A stretch of DNA of 16,171 nucleotides, taken from Pseudomonadota bacterium. GTDB lineage: Bacteria; Bdellovibrionota; FAC87; UBA2466. Under the pieces are notes generated by a model. It worked only from the letters and a program-made list of their open reading frames with translations, was not told the DNA's origin and searched no databases. Shown here one piece after another: positions 15,187 to 16,171 of this stretch (positions within the stretch are counted from its first letter, which is position 1; each line of letters begins with the position of its first letter). The DNA lies in contig JAYSWN010000010.1 in the NCBI GenBank assembly GCA_043718025.1, positions 1-16,171 of the forward strand, in the 5' to 3' direction. Made by a program: the position numbers and the translations under genes.

Positions 15187-15203
15187 GTGGCTGAATGGAA
15201 AAC

Positions 15204-16171
15204 TTAAGCGCGGTGCCGGCCGTAAATGCTGACCAGGGCCTGGGAAATCTCGCCCAAAGTTACGTTGCCTTTTACCGCTTCGAGAATTGCTGGCATCAGG
15301 TTGCGGTTTTCTTTTGCCGCCGTCTCCACCGCCCGAGTTAGTTTGACGGCCTCAGCCGCATTTCGTTTAGCGCGAAACGCTTGCAAACGTTCGACCTGTT
15401 CTTTTTCCACCCGAGCCTCAATTTTTAGAACCGGCACGGCCGTGGTGGTGGTGGTTTGAAACTGATTTTGACCAACGACGATCCTTTTTTTGCTCTCAAT
15501 CTCTTTTTGGTACTCGTAAGCGGCGCGCTGAATTTCGCCCTGCATCCACCCCTCTTCGATGCACTTGACCACCCCGCCGCGTTTTTCAATCTGCGCGATT
15601 AAAGCGGCACTTTCAGACTCTAAACGGTTGGTCATCTCTTCAACCGCGTAGCTACCGCCGAAGGGGTCGGCCGTATCTTTAACTGCCGACTCGTACGCAA
15701 TGACCTGCTGAGTGCGAAGGGCGAGGGTTGCCGCCTCTTCCGTCGGTAAGCCCAGGGCTTCATCGCGTGAATTGGTGTGGATGGACTGGGCTCCGCCCAA
15801 GACTGCCGCCATGCACTGCAATGAAACGCGCACTACGTTGGTATCAACCTGGGCCGCAATCAACGTACTACCCGCAGTTTGCGCGTGAAAGCGCAGCAGC
15901 AATGACTTGGCGTTTTTCGGGGAAAATCGTTCTTTAACTAACTTGGCCCACAGCCTGCGGGCGGCGCGAAACTTGGCAATCTCTTCAAGAAAGTCGTTAT
16001 GCACATTGAAAAAGAAAGACAGGCGAGGGGCGAAGTCGTCGATCGCCAAGCCCCGTTTCAATGCGGCCTCGATGTAGGTCAATCCGTCGGCAAGGGTAAA
16101 CGCTACCTCTTGAACTGCGGTGGAACCCGCCTCACGAATGTGATACCCGCTGATCGAAATCGTATTCCACT
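15204..16171 (-). CDS. B12-dependent acyl-CoA mutase large (substrate-binding) subunit, methylmalonyl-CoA mutase-like; 5' end outside the window
   Basis: The frame stays open to the window edge, reading [34 protein letters not shown] upstream of the tracked [68 protein letters not shown]; stops without a DxHxxG cobalamin-binding domain. Confidence 0.96.
   Translation of the reverse strand, partial: WNTISISGYHIREAGSTAVQEVAFTLADGLTYIEAALKRGLAIDDFAPRLSFFFNVHNDFLEEIAKFRAARRLWAKLVKERFSPKNAKSLLLRFHAQTAGSTLIAAQVDTNVVRVSLQCMAAVLGGAQSIHTNSRDEALGLPTEEAATLALRTQQVIAYESAVKDTADPFGGSYAVEEMTNRLESESAALIAQIEKRGGVVKCIEEGWMQGEIQRAAYEYQKEIESKKRIVVGQNQFQTTTTTAVPVLKIEARVEKEQVERLQAFRAKRNAAEAVKLTRAVETAAKENRNLMPAILEAVKGNVTLGEISQALVSIYGRHRA

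Noticed and set aside
15442..15455. GTG triplet run
   Set aside because: Encodes a Thr run in a variable mutase linker; in frame and too short for a contingency locus.
1..16171. CRISPR array, tRNA/rRNA, IS or prophage, defence island, cobalamin riboswitch
   Set aside because: No spaced repeats, RNA gene signatures, transposase/integrase motifs or compositional break seen; intergenic gaps are all under 200 bp; any riboswitch for the mutase would lie outside the window.

Overview
Gene-dense bacterial chromosomal window of roughly 50-55% GC (estimated by eye) with 14 credible CDSs. I see no rRNA, tRNA, CRISPR array, transposase, integrase or phage genes. In order: FHA-TM-TPR protein (+), M14 zinc carboxypeptidase (+), unknown polytopic membrane protein (+), secreted clan CD (caspase/legumain-like) His-Cys protease (+), eukaryote-type acyltransferase (+), TPR plus outer-membrane beta-barrel protein (-) divergent from a secreted FecR-domain protein (+), hslO (+), a three-gene minus-strand operon (membrane-anchored unknown, bactofilin, trypsin-like protease) divergent from murJ (+), an MBL-fold hydrolase (+), a lipoprotein (-), and the 3' part of a split-type acyl-CoA (methylmalonyl-CoA-like) mutase large subunit (-) running off the window. 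The OM barrel and murJ indicate a diderm with peptidoglycan; the gene mix suggests a Bdellovibrionota/deltaproteobacteria-like organism (inference only). I cannot demonstrate a single new multi-gene system. The best leads are sigma28-like promoters before non-flagellar genes, a recurring leaderless-mRNA signature, the TPR-barrel/FecR pair, a bactofilin operon with a serine protease instead of an M23 peptidase, the compact secreted clan CD protease and the eukaryote-like acyltransferase. All family calls come from motif recognition by eye; no database searches were run.
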